From NCBI GenBank assembly GCA_002633005.1, contig NMRA01000597.1, forward strand, positions 53,988 through 117,987: a DNA stretch of 64,000 nt, read 5' to 3'. The notes under the pieces are model-generated. The model was not told the origin of the DNA. It made no database searches and saw nothing but the letters and a program-made list of their open reading frames with translations. This document shows, piece by piece, positions 1 through 11,869 of the stretch (position 1 is its first letter; every line of letters starts with the position of its first letter). The DNA is from Phoronis australis. Taxonomy: Eukaryota > Animalia > Phoronida. The position numbers and the translations under genes were made by a program.

Positions 1-54
1 GGTCCACTTTGCCAGAGATTCGAGCCCCCGTATTAGAGGCTGGGTGCGCGCATG
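1..54. mobile_element. Right end of a CATGCGCGCACCCAG-TIR MITE, cut by the window edge
   Basis: Ends in CTGGGTGCGCGCATG, preceded by TTCGAGCCCCC as in the other copies (334-477, 18231-18448, 43629-43894, 46817-47042). Confidence 0.75.
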
Positions 55-333
55 AAACGTCTACACAAATTGCACCGAATGCAGCTCCTGGTTTAAACGC
101 GGGCTTCTTTTTCAAAGTTTGGTCAGGTATAAATAACGCCACAAACATGGAGGTTCACTGAAACACGTCTACCTTACAGATGTGACAATCCTTAGTCACG
201 GAAAACTTGATAGGCCGACAAAAATACTAATGATGAAATACCGGTGATGATAATCATCCACTTTGTTAATTTACTTCACCTACACAATTGGAATTAGCCG
301 CTAAAATGAAACTCATTCGAGTAAGCACCACGT

Positions 334-477
334 CATGCGCGCCACTCAGAGGGGAGGGGGGGTTCGAGCCCCCCATTTGGCGAAGTGGGCAAAAAGGTCT
401 GCCCGCTCTCTTGTTAACAACAGTTCCATAACGTCAGGAATTCGAGCCCCCCATTTTGAATACTGGGTGCGCGCATG
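334..477. mobile_element. MITE, CATGCGCGC...GCGCGCATG family, 5-bp TSD
   Basis: Terminal inverted repeats CATGCGCGC / GCGCGCATG; CACGT on both flanks (329-333, 478-482). Confidence 0.85.
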
Positions 478-647
478 CACGTGAGTCCCTGGACAGCCCC
501 AATATGGTAAAACCCAAGGAGCTCAAGTCGGGGTTAAATCAGGATGGGCATAAATAAGGAAATTTACTGTATCAACAGATTAGACAAATAAGAATAAGAT
601 ACAAAGCATTGATACAGTGTACACGCGCACAATAACTGGGTCTATCA

Positions 648-700
648 ATTTTCCCGCCGCAAGCGATTGAACCAATCGGATCACCAATGGCGCAATCCTT
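648..700 (+). promoter_or_regulatory. E2F-like site plus two CCAAT boxes upstream of the zinc-finger ORF
   Basis: TTTTCCCGCC at about 649-658, then CCAAT at about 672 and 683; AT-rich TATA-like CATATATATG near 808. Motif match only. Confidence 0.35.
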
Positions 701-974
701 TCGAAAACAAGCCTAATTTTTAGGGAGTCTGTTACTGCTCTTTATATTTTCAAAACTTTAATTTCTTATAGTTAATTTATTTGCTGTGCACCTCAATGAG
801 ACCAGTTCATATATATGCATTTAACACTATTAATACATTGTAAGATCATAGATTATGCACTATCAACATGAGCCAAAAACAGTACACCCCTTTATTAAAA
901 AATGGGTTAAAGGTTAGAAACAAAGGACGATAGCGTAGACAAGTTTCCATCACTTGCGACGTCGATTTTTTACG

Positions 975-1560
975 ATGGACGTTGGGGAAGAACATCAGTC
1001 TGGTGACAGCAACACGGAATCGTACGAAGGCGATGATTTTCGAAATTTGATTCGTTGTGTTGTTTGTCATTTTTTTCCTACAGTTCAGGATTATTTGTGG
1101 ATACAGGAACAAGAACTGAACGATGCAGGGTTCGTGACAACGATGGTGAACGGTGATATCTATCTAAGGTGTTACAACTGTCATCGATATTGTCATCTCC
1201 TCTGTTTTCATCCAACCTTTNGTTGTTTGTCATTTTTTTCCTACAGTTCAGGATTATTTGTGGATACAGGAACAAGAACTGAACGATGCAGGGTTCGCGA
1301 CAACGTTGGTGAACGGTGATATCTATCTAAGGTGTTACAACTGTCATCGATATTGTCATCTCCTCTGTTTTCATCCAACCTTTCCAGATGAAAACTTTAC
1401 ATTCATTCTCAATGAATCGCGACAAATGCTGAAGCCAATGTTCAGCTCACCACAGAGAATGTCCGAAGTCATGAAACAATGTCAAAAGACCTTTAAAATA
1501 AAGAAAAATATGTCTAACGTGGGTGCTGTGTTTTATGACCGGCTACAGTTTACATGGTAG
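975..1560 (+). CDS. Small orphan Cys/His-rich (PHD-like) zinc-finger protein, about 140 aa once the artefactual duplication is collapsed
   Basis: Joining 975-1058 to 1222-1560 gives one frame: MDVGEEHQSGDSNTESYEGDDFRNLIRCVVCHFF...YLRCYNCHRYCHLLCFHP. It has an acidic N-terminus and CxxC...CxxC...HxxC. The tail after about 1400 may be unrelated sequence. Confidence 0.5.
1059..1383. other. Probable assembly artefact: 162-bp tandem duplication joined by a single N (1221)
   Basis: 1059-1220 and 1222-1383 are identical apart from two substitutions (GTGACAACGATG vs GCGACAACGTTG), as expected for unmerged allelic contig ends. Confidence 0.8.
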
Positions 1561-3524
1561 GTGTCACAATGCACCATGTAGCTTAGGGTTCCATAAAATT
1601 GCGTGAAGCTGAAAAAACGACAAAGTAGAAACAGGCTCTCTTTTGTTACAATAACTTGTCCAATCGAAACGAATAATTGCGTTTTGGAAACTCAGCGAGA
1701 CATATTTAAAGAGAAAGTCAACGTTTTTTATCAACAAAAAATAAATTTTAATTACCACCATGTTTACTGAGTGAAGCCAAATCTCAAATCATTTACGAGA
1801 CCTCATTGGCGTGTTTCTTGAAAAAAAAGTTTCAAGAGATATTTTAGTGAATTCGCGATCAATAATTTGCAATACACAAAAAACGGCGATGGCATTATTT
1901 TTTTAAACCTTTGCCTTATCTGAAATTGGCTGTGTGGCACTGCTTTTCAAGAAGCGCAGTGGAATTCTTTTGGAATCATTTACGAGACGTGCATAAATTC
2001 AACAATAGTGCGTTGATTAAAATGAAGATGTGGAAACTAAAATANACTTCTACTATTGAAAGATTTTGAAGAGCGTTTCAATACCGAAATTAATATAAAT
2101 TAATGTTTTTTCGCTGTTTTGTACAGTAAAGTAGATGCAGGTATTTCTCGTCAAATTAAAACTGACCGGAAACTGCAGCAGATAGGTTAGGAGAGGTCAA
2201 CTCAACTCGTAAGAATATGCCGGAGTTGCGAATCTGTTGTCTATAATCTATGGTGCAATGTGTCGGTTCCGTTGATATTTATAACCCTGTGACCTAGATT
2301 CCAAACTTGGTTGACTTATTTTTTCAAAGCAGTGAATGCCACGTAGCAAATAATTATTGAACACATAAGGGAGTTGTACGTTTCAATTTTGAAGAAAAGT
2401 GAAAGAATAGAGAGCATTCTGATGAAGTGTTGTTGATAATGTATCATAAACCAAGGAATATTCTTTTGCCTCACTTGATTAATTCATACCTGATTCAATT
2501 GGAGCTTCCAGTCCACTGAAACTGGGTGTGTCTGTAAACAGTGCCACGATTTTTTTCTCAGCCTCCTCCATGGGTTTGGGGCGAGAGCCTCCTCCCGTTT
2601 TCTTCACCTCTCTTTGCAGTTGGTTCTTTGAGGCTCTCGCCCCAGACACCATGTGCCTCCACTTTTCCTTTGTGTCATATGCTGTTCTCTTCGCTGTTCC
2701 CAGACTTGTGATTTTGGAAGCTATGTCTTCCCAAACTGAGTTCTTTTCGGCCTTCGTCACCTTCTGACTGAACTTGCTATTAATTACTTGCAAGTTTGAC
2801 TCGGCAAGTTCAGTCAGAAGGTTGATTTCGTGCTTTGTCCAATTGACCTATCGCAAGCTCCGCCCCTATGCGAAAAGTCACGTGATACCCGACATTCGAA
2901 CAAGATGTCAGAGGCAAATACACTGTCGCTAAACGACGTTCCTGGTGGAATCGATGAGTGTTTTTGTACTATTTGAAAACGCATTGACAGAGACAAGAGG
3001 CGATGCTTTTCAACAGTGAATCGTACGTTCATGATATGGGAATTTGTAAAGGTGACAATGAAAAAATAAGTGCTCGAGGAGCCAGCGAAAATCCGAAGAA
3101 CCCCTCGGCCTCGGGGCCACCTTCATCTGACAAATGACAAGGCCACTGATACGTGTAAAGCTGGGTATGTATCTTAAAGTCGAATTATCTGTACGATTCC
3201 ATAGATTTCATGATCTTTCGAATAAAATCAGTGAAGATTCACCGATATTTTTATTCTGTCGTCTGCTAAATTTCGCCAAATGAAAAGTAGGTCACAACTG
3301 GTGGGACTCCTGGAGTAAAGTAGGTCATAGATTACAGACAACACATGCACTATAGTGTCTGACTAGGTCGACTCGATAGCACTGTTTACGCTTTTCTAAT
3401 CTTGTAACGAAATATTTTCATCAAAAAATTCAGGTTCATAACTCAGGTACACACTCATCTCGCCCTGGCCAAACAGTTAGCTCCGGGTAGGTCTAGGGCT
3501 GTGTCTAAGTAAAATTAATGTCTG

Positions 3525-3803
3525 GAGTGGCGGATCTAGGATACCACAGCGGGGGGCCAACATATGTTGCCTCGTGGAATTGTATGTGCACAGGCTGCCC
3601 GAAAGTTGCAGGGGCCAGGGATGTAGACCGTTGGACCTTCTGTTCAGAAAATCTATCGGTGGACTAAAAAAAACAGGAACACGGTTCCGCCGCGATCTGG
3701 GGTCTGAGCCCCCCCTCTTCCGCTACCGGTCCTAGTTACTGAACTCAATATTTCCTCACGCTCTTGCTGTTTCCCCTGCCCCCCCCCCCTAAATCCGCCT
3801 ATG
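3525..3803. mobile_element. MITE of the CAGTGGCGGATC family, nested in the ISL2EU-type element
   Basis: GAGTGGCGGATCTAGG ... CCTAAATCCGCCTATG; internal segments shared with 31264-33014. No TSD visible. Confidence 0.6.
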
Positions 3804-4449
3804 GAATTGTCCGTTTGCACCATTAAGACATTTAAATTAGGCCTACCTTCTTATGAACGTGGCATTTTTTGTACTTCCATTTCATAAAGTTAGCTTTCAT
3901 TGAAGGTAGCGTGGTCACTAAGTCGTGGTATGGTTACAAAAGATTACAAGTCTGGTGTGGTAGTTGCAAAAATAGGGTATTTACAAAAATAACTCAAATT
4001 CTTTTTTAAAGCTTCATAAATCTAAATACCATGTTTGAACAACTTCAAAATGAGCTCTCTCTAACTCTGCAGACATAGTGTATACTAGAGGTACACGTCA
4101 AAACGTAGTTCAACAGTTTATTTTTAGTGACAACAGCTCCACCAAGGCTTTGAGTTCCGGCAGTAATCCAGTGTCCTTCCCTGTGCCGATCGAATCTCTG
4201 AATTTTGACCGGGAGAGAAGTTCAGTTGAACGCCAGCTTACGGTTTATGAATAACAAAAATGTACCTCTGATACGGAACAAAATAATGTCCATTAGGTTG
4301 AAATAAATAAAAAACATCAAATAAAATGTCCTTGAAAACAACAATTTCCGGGGACTACCGCTAGAGTGCTGAGATCCAGCAGGTGCCGAGACAAAGGCGG
4401 GCCTGACGTAGTCAACTCGGGAGTCAAAATCTGAGATAGCCCTGCACCA

Positions 4450-4695
4450 TAGCCACCAAGCTGAAAAGTGCGTATCTTGGAACTAATATATTTGTGTTTA
4501 TAGTAGCCTTCGAGTTATCAAGCAACATCGTTAAGTTGAGCTGCTCGTGTGGCCGTACGTACAGTTTGATCCATAGTTTACGCTTTTCAACATCATTTTT
4601 TGGCTTAGGACATGCCAAAAAATGACGGGATATTATTCTGGAGCAGCATAACGGCTGTCGGTGCTACACACGTGATATCAACACCGTTTCCCCAT
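4450..4695 (-). pseudogene. THAP-domain relic (N-terminus of an ISL2EU-type transposase)
   Basis: MGKRC*YHVCSTDSRY...(frameshift)CPKPKNDVEKRKLWIKLYVRPHEQLN; contains stops and a frameshift. Confidence 0.7.
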
Positions 4696-4887
4696 TCTTA
4701 GCGGACAATTTCTTGAGCTATAGACTAAAGTAAGTTTTACTCGACTGCGTGTGGTTTGTCGGGTAAAATGGCGGCTTGGAAAAGCAGACGAAGGTGTGCC
4801 AAGATTGCTGCGTTCTGATTGGTCAATTAAGCCGTACTTCATAATCCTGGCGATAGGTCAATTGCAAGATCTTTTCTTTTCAGCCAT

Positions 4888-5014
4888 TTTGTCTGTGCCA
4901 TGGTAACAGGAATTATGGGTATTGCCTTATATGGTATCCAATTTGGCTATCCACCGTATAACATAGATATCCGCCGGATAGTTATCCGAACCTTATCCAA
5001 GCTTTGTGCAACCC
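4888..5014. mobile_element. Terminal region of the Harbinger-type element carrying the Myb gene
   Basis: Repeated TATCC subterminal motifs ending in CTTATCCAAGCTTTGTGCAACCC; similar to the Harbinger-type MITE ends at 53335-53483. Confidence 0.55.
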
Positions 5015-5516
5015 AAATTTATACGCCGGTGCTAACAATCTTTCCTGAAACGGAGCTATATTCTAAAAATGACGTTCTAAAAGTTGGTCCTGCTACAGAT
5101 GTGTCATGCGCTGATGTCCACTGTAACTTACTAGACACCTTGGATTAAACCACTTTCATTCTCCATTGTACATACGTCTCGTTTGAAAGACAGTGATAGC
5201 ATTATAAAGCCGCAAAACAAACAGTCGCCACCCCCTGTAATTGATGCAGAAAATGCGTGCGTCGCTCAGACATATTTCTGAGAAATCTTGTCATGTAATA
5301 CTGCAAATCTTAAAGTGGGTCTTATTCGCCTATTTCACGAACGCGGGGCGCTGCTGTCGTGTTGATCGAAAACCAGGCGCCTTGACAAAAATGGCATCGT
5401 CCTGCAAGGTGCTGTGGTCAAAAGACTTATCAACGTTACTAAAAATCAAGTTGTCTAATGTTGAATCGATCTCCCAAAAACATAACAATACGCACAAGAG
5501 TTAGGGACGCGGCAAC

Positions 5517-6431
5517 TAAACCTTTACCCTCCTCAGCCATTCCTGTCGCATTTTTCCTTCTTTTGGAAAAGTTTGGAAGTCAGGGATATACCCAGGCTTC
5601 TTGAAAAACTCTGCTCGGCAGCTGGGCGAGTGAGCCAGAAAATCTACTCCCCTAGCCCGAAGTTCAGTCACCCGGCCGTTGCTTGTTTGAATGAGATTTC
5701 TTAAACAATTACGCAACTCGAAATGCGTGTTTTATCGATCTTTAAACAGGCTCGTGGACTAGAAATTCCGCGCACAATGATTTTTCAGGACTGTCTGATA
5801 TTATTGATAAATTGAATACATTACTGTAGAATTTTAGAACTGTAGGTGAGACATTTTTCGCACAAATATATACACGTTTATGGACTGGGCGCTTATTTTA
5901 GCAAAGTGGGGACGCTTATAGGGGCATGGGCGCTTATTAGGACCAATGTTATAAATTAATTTTGTACATTACAATAAGAAATCAGTTCCAAGAATAACGG
6001 TATTTCATTTGCTATGAGCACATGGACTGGTCTTCCACCTAGTCCACAAATTCTTTGTGCACGACCTCACACTGGATTTTTTTGACAAATCGCGTAACGG
6101 GTGACATGTACTCAATCGGTAGGGTCGCACTGCGCCGGTGTTTTTTACTGACGGAGCATCGACACGATGACCAAACCGAACCTTAAATTCATGATAAAAA
6201 CAGCAAAACGAGGAGGAAAATTATTCATATTCATCTGGGAAACGATATAGTGCTTTTGTGCTCTGAAATTCGCTCGCCACTTGGCGACCGCAAGTCGACT
6301 TCTACTCGCCCAGCACCATTTTTACTCACATGGGCGACTGGGCGAGTGGCTAAGTATGATATCCCTGGGAAGCATACCGACGACTTCTTACTGGAATTGG
6401 TACATACAGGCACTGCACAGTACACCATCAT
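5517..6431 (-). pseudogene. THAP-domain gene 5' end, split by an insertion at 5581-6367
   Basis: Removing the insertion and one TSD copy gives MMVYCAVPVCTNSSKKSSVCFQTFPKEGKMRQEWLRRVK, a typical THAP start. It lies just inside a TTAA-flanked end at about 6610 (Kolobok-like). Confidence 0.75.
5581..6367. mobile_element. Non-autonomous hAT-like element with a 6-bp TSD
   Basis: TIR CAGGGATAT / ATATCCCTG; flanks GGAAGT and GGAAGC; repeated TGGGCGAGTG subterminal motifs. Confidence 0.7.
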
Positions 6432-9405
6432 GGCTAGCTGATGATCACTCACGAGGTTTTATCAGTGTGCTTCGTTTTCGATCAGTATTCAAAGATAGCG
6501 CGGGAAGATGGCGCTTTCGTGAAATAGGTGAATGTTTCACATATAACAAGCTTGTTTGAATGAGATTTCTAAAATAACTACGCAACTCGAAATGCGTGTT
6601 TTATCGATCTTTAAACAAAATATAAATAACAAAACGTGACTGGCAACTTTAGCAAGCCATTCACGCCCACAAACATTCCTGTGGTAGGAGTCATTTGCAA
6701 CTTCAATTATCTCAAGATAAAGGGGCCCTGAACTCTCACTGAAATCATGAAATTTAAATATTTGTTAAGTATGTCTTTTTAAATTCTGAAATACTCAAAG
6801 ACTTCCCTTTTAAAACACTCAAATTGTAACTCGCGTATTTCAGTCGCTACCCCAATAGATACGAACTTTTCCTAAATATAGAATTAGATTTATTTTACTT
6901 TTCATTGTCAAATTCGCTTGAAAGTTGGACTGAGTTATGAAGTTCAGTGGGTGCGCGTTTTATCGTGAACTATCAGTCCATGCTTCATAATGATACAACT
7001 GCGTACTGCCGCAGCGTAGCTGGGGCGTCCTCTCCAGACCGAATCTCGAAAGTGAGGTGGGCGGCTGGGAAACACCCAAATGGGTGAGGGCAAACCACCG
7101 AGGGACGCTGCAAACCTCTGTGGGGAAGAGCTGGCTTGAGGTTGCATGACAATGCTGGTGACGAGGTAGGACTGTGGCGCTCGAAATAGCAGCTGCGCCA
7201 TTGAAGCATCGTTATATTTCGGTGAATCTTTATGAAAACGTAAACCAGAGTTAAAAACAAAAAGTCTTAGGGTTTTACGACGTACTACAATATAAAGACT
7301 AGTTTGCGTGCTTGTAAAAACAAATATGCTATGTTTCCACACATGTAGGTAAACGCAAATTACTAGGGGCACATATCATTTGCCTTCGGCTCGCTACCAT
7401 TTTCACCCCGCCGCTACTCTCTCCTCGCTGCAACTGCTTTGTCCCCCGGCGGTACCATTTGCAGTGTTTTTAACTTCCAGAGTGAAACCCGTTGTATTCA
7501 TGGGAAAAAGTTTGCTTTGGTAGGGATTTTTTCAAGCACCATTTTGAAGAGGAATTGTTTGAGAAAAATCACCCAGTTGAGTGTCGTGTCTTGTATAAAG
7601 CTGTGGGAGTACCCCCTTGGAAAGGTTTTTGGAGGGTACTCTGAAAGCCCAAGGATGGTGGAGTGAATCCTATCCCTATACCTAACAATGTGGTGAACAT
7701 CTTGGAAAGTACAAGCACAATTGTTGATTTCAGAATGCGCTTATCAGATGGTGTCTCTTAAAGTTGATATAAATGCGTCTTATGTGAAAAAGAATAAATT
7801 TTGATTTGAACAACTTACCACTATATACAGGAATTGGAATTACTATAAGAGGAAAATTTTCCAAGTGATCTATCATTTCACAAATAGGCTTGTGTGATAG
7901 AAATATTTTTGTGTTGTAAAATTAAACTGAAATAAATGTTTTTGCATGAATCAAGCCAAAAATGATGATAAAAAGAAGCTGGAAATCGAATAAGAGGAAA
8001 TAAAAACAAAAAAGGAAAGTTCCAAGCCATGTATATATCCCTGTCTCAACTTGTTCCTTAGTGGACTTGGAAGAATTCAAACTTTGTTATTGCTCAAAGC
8101 CATGGCTATTGCACCAGGTCTTAAGCAATAACAAACTATCCGTTCAACCGAAGCCAATATACCGCATGTAATCTCAGTAAGGAACAGTACGAGATTAAGA
8201 GTCTAATCTCGAGCACACACATGAAGATTGACATCAGACACTAGTAAATAGAAAAAATGCGTTGATATATGTTTCTCAATTTCAATAAAGACTTAACCCA
8301 GGAGTAAATCAACCCATTTTACCTTGGAACATAGCATAGAACTAATGGAGATGATTGGTTCCATATTGACAAACAGTATTATGTAGTCTTCCATGCTCAG
8401 GGACGAAAACTTTCTGAAAATTAAACATATTCAATGCAATATTACTACGGGGTCAATTTGTCAAACTTAAGCAGATTGAAAGCCTGTTTTGAGCAGTACA
8501 TGTAATTTTAGTTCCTACATGTCAGTACCAGTGCTTTGACCATACTGAAATCTTTAACTGCCAAATCTAATGAACGCGCATGCTTATTGATTGACATTTG
8601 TCTTGTCATCAGTGAGAATCCTTAAGTTGTTCAAACAGCTATGAACAACAACCACACTCACATGTTGATCAATTAAATAACCAAGCTTGGTGGACAAAAA
8701 CTCAAATACAGTTGGACCTGAAATACAATATGCAATGTTAATTGAGTTTGTGTATTCTGCTGACTGGCACATGACAAAATTGTGACTACCATCCATTTTG
8801 GCAGAAATCAATTAGCCTCACTGTCCAGCTAAGCTGAGTACAGCCTAGGGTAACAATGGTATATGGCCTTCTGATGTTGGGTGTGTGTAATGAACCAATT
8901 ACCAGGAGAGCACAATGCCCAGTGTCAGCTGATGGAAACTTTAATCATGGGTACCAGGGAACATTCAAAACTACTGCTACTGGCCATTCTTAGATTTCCT
9001 CTTTTCTCATGGTGATGCAATATGGCATGAAAAAGCCACTTCGCGGCATTTTTGACATGATTGTGATTGAGAGTTTAAATCATGTTTTCTGGTCTTGCTA
9101 AAGCATTTTCAGGACAACCTGAAAAGTCCAGTATACTCTGGCTAACTGGAAGATTATAAATCACACGAGTGGTTGCCAGTGTGCAAAACACAGAATGTAT
9201 TGTGTTGAACATTTCAAAACATATTGGATTTGAATACACTGAATCTGATAACATTAGCTCAGGGAGATTTAAAGCAGATATATGCCATAACAAAAACAAC
9301 TTTTGATTTGGTTGCTACCCAAGAAATTAGTCTCAAATTGCCCCTTCTGTCAAACTGAGCATAATTTCGGGGTTTCCAAAAAATTGACAGTTTGTTATTT
9401 CTTAA

Positions 9406-11331
9406 GGTAGGCGGATACACAAAGAAAATAATTTTGACTGTTTTTTACATTTTTATGTCATCCTAATCTTTAATTCTTGATGCACAGTATACTGAAGAAA
9501 AATTAAATCATTCTGAAAATCCAAAGTTGTTTTTTAGCTATATTTGACCAAGCCTCAGTAAGTCGTACGGCTTGAGTGCTCACCAGCTCAGTGATTGACA
9601 ACTTGGGCGGAGCTTATATACATGTACAAGGACACTAGCTCTAATCTAACCCTGTCAACAAGCATTGCGTAACCGGGCAATCGAGAGTGCTGTACCAGCT
9701 GATATTGGTGTTGTAGCAAGACCAAGAATAAAAGAATTCTATTTTTGACCATGTGAAAGTTGGTAGTGAAATGGTGAACTAGCCCCTGTTCCGAGCCTTA
9801 GCCTGTTTGTGTATCTGCAAAGTACGTCAAGTCCTACCGAAGCCATCACTGCACTCAGCTTGAGGAGTCAGTGCAGAAATTGTGCGTGTATAAGAGAAGT
9901 CGGTAATATGAGGTAAGGTGTCTTGCGAGAGGACGCTGAGCATCGACGTGGGTGGTGTTGCACGATTCGGTGAGAGTGCATGCACGCGCTATGAAGACAA
10001 GCCGCGCGCTCGACACATTGACAACTACATGCCCTCAGAGTAGAGTCTTCGCAGATAAACCGTGCTTCTGTGCTGGGAACGCGCCGTGGAGAAACTAGGC
10101 TGTCAAACCCAGAGGATTTTTTAACTTGCTACTGGCCGTAACCCAAAGAATTAGAGTAATGACCCAGTGTTCAATATAACAAAATTTTTCTAGTGCATAG
10201 ATTCAAACGTAACCCTGAATTAAAACTCATGATATTATACGATTCTAGAGGAAAGCAATATAAGAAACTTTAGTAACTTGAGAATCTCACCCAAGCGAAC
10301 CTGTTTGCGCAGAAAGTGATATTTTCTTACCCCAAAGTCCATTCGGTACAGGCTCGTAAAAATGTTGAACCATTACTATGAAAGTAGTTCTTAATCCTCG
10401 TCGCCAATAGACAGTAATGCGGCGATTTGATATAACACATATATTGGTTGATGATAATATTGGAATACTAACAAATAGGTCTGTGTCATATAGAGTGTCT
10501 TTTACTATACTGAGTGGAGAGTTCAGATGAATCGTGTAAACAATCAACACGTGGTTTTAAATGTGTGGTCGGCACACCAGTACAGCAGGCAATAAATCAA
10601 CGCTAAGCTCCGCCCACGTGACAGCCATACTTGTTTTGGTCGTCTGTCGTGCTTCACAAGTTCGAAAAAATGATTAAAATTACGCTGTAAACAAACAGGT
10701 ATGTCACATTTTCTAAACATGAAGTAAGTATCAGCTTTATTTCTAGTACTTCAACAAAAATTGGAACATAATGACCACGCATTTTGAACGAAATTTGATC
10801 TCAAGTGGCAATCGATGGACCGCTTAACTTCAAAGCCGTTTTTCTCGGCTCGTGATTTCAGGATAGTGACAAGATCTCGGGCCTATTATTCCACAACATG
10901 TGGGTCAATTTTTACGAAAGTTGCAAATTTGAAATCCTCTAGGACTGAAGTAAAATCGATAAATGAACCAGATTTTTAGTTATTAGACGGAAAGTGACCA
11001 AATGACAAAAAGTGGCGTGCTTGCCCCAACTCACACACAAAAAAATGCCACAAAATCAAGATCATAATGATTTTGTACATATATTTGGTATGGATAAGTA
11101 GAATATTGCGCAAGGAAACAGTTGATGATGACCCCTGTGCATTTTGAAAAAAAACTCGAGGTAAAATTGGATTTTTTGAAAATTGAAAAATACGATTTTT
11201 AAAAAAAACGAACTACAAAAAATATTTTTTTCGATTTTTGTCACTTTCAGAGTCATGTCTAACTAGTTAAAACTCCCCTTTTACTAATTTTAGTTAGGAA
11301 CCTGGAGATTTGATCAGTGTATACACCTACC
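9406..11331. mobile_element. Kolobok-like non-autonomous DNA transposon (about 1.9 kb)
   Basis: TIR GGTAGGCGGATACAC / GTGTATACACCTACC (13/15 match), flanked by TTAA and ATAA; internal inverted GGGCGGAGCTTA motifs at about 9605 and 10604. Confidence 0.7.
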
Positions 11332-11869
11332 ATAATAGCAGCTTGAAAAATGTACAATTTGTGGGTAAGGAACTTCAAAAGGGTTAATTTTTTTCAACAC
11401 AGTTTAGTATAAATGTTTTATTATTCTCCACATAGCCTTTAAATGCTTTTTGGCTAAACAGATTGTAGCCCAGTCTTGTATAGATTGATTTAAAACCTTG
11501 AAAAAGAATTATGCCATCATGTTTTGGGAATACACCTCTAGAGCGAAACCTTCAATCCAAATCGAACTCGAAATTGTTTTTGTCACTTCTAGTCCACTTT
11601 CTTGCTAGTTCAAGATAGTTCTTATTGACCACTAGATTCGAGCTAAATTTTGAGTAAAAACCTCAAGATTTCTAGTAAAACTTCAAACCCAGACTCAAAC
11701 TTTTAACTGTAATGCAGGGATCATCAATTGCCATCAATAAGCACTCAAGTATAGAATAAAAGAAACTTATCTCGAATGGTGCTATTCGGAAAATCTACAA
11801 TAACTAGAGGGCGTGCGTGTACTAGTGGTGATAGATTAACAGCCTCGATTTCACGAGCCCTTTAAATAC

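Larger units (their letters stand above)
2844..4860. mobile_element. ISL2EU-type (PIF/Harbinger-related) non-autonomous DNA transposon
   Basis: 11-bp TIR TGACCTATCGC / GCGATAGGTCA with an AT duplication inside a CAATTG target. Removing it restores the Myb ORF exactly. A THAP relic lies inside. Confidence 0.8.
2490..4887 (-). pseudogene. Harbinger-type Myb/SANT DNA-binding protein, first exon, interrupted by an insertion at 2844-4860
   Basis: 4887-4861 joined to 2841-2490 reads MAEKKRSCNWTKHEINLLTELAESNLQVINSKFSQKVTKAEKNSVWEDIASKI...KEKWRHM...KKTGGG, a Myb_DNA-bind_5-like pattern. It ends at a G|GTATGA donor. Confidence 0.85.

Noticed and set aside
6944-7372. 142-aa minus-strand ORF in a GC-richer patch
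   Set aside because: No recognisable motif and no convincing splice partners.
8000-9300. Possible decayed minus-strand coding region
   Set aside because: Only short open stretches with no motif I can assign.
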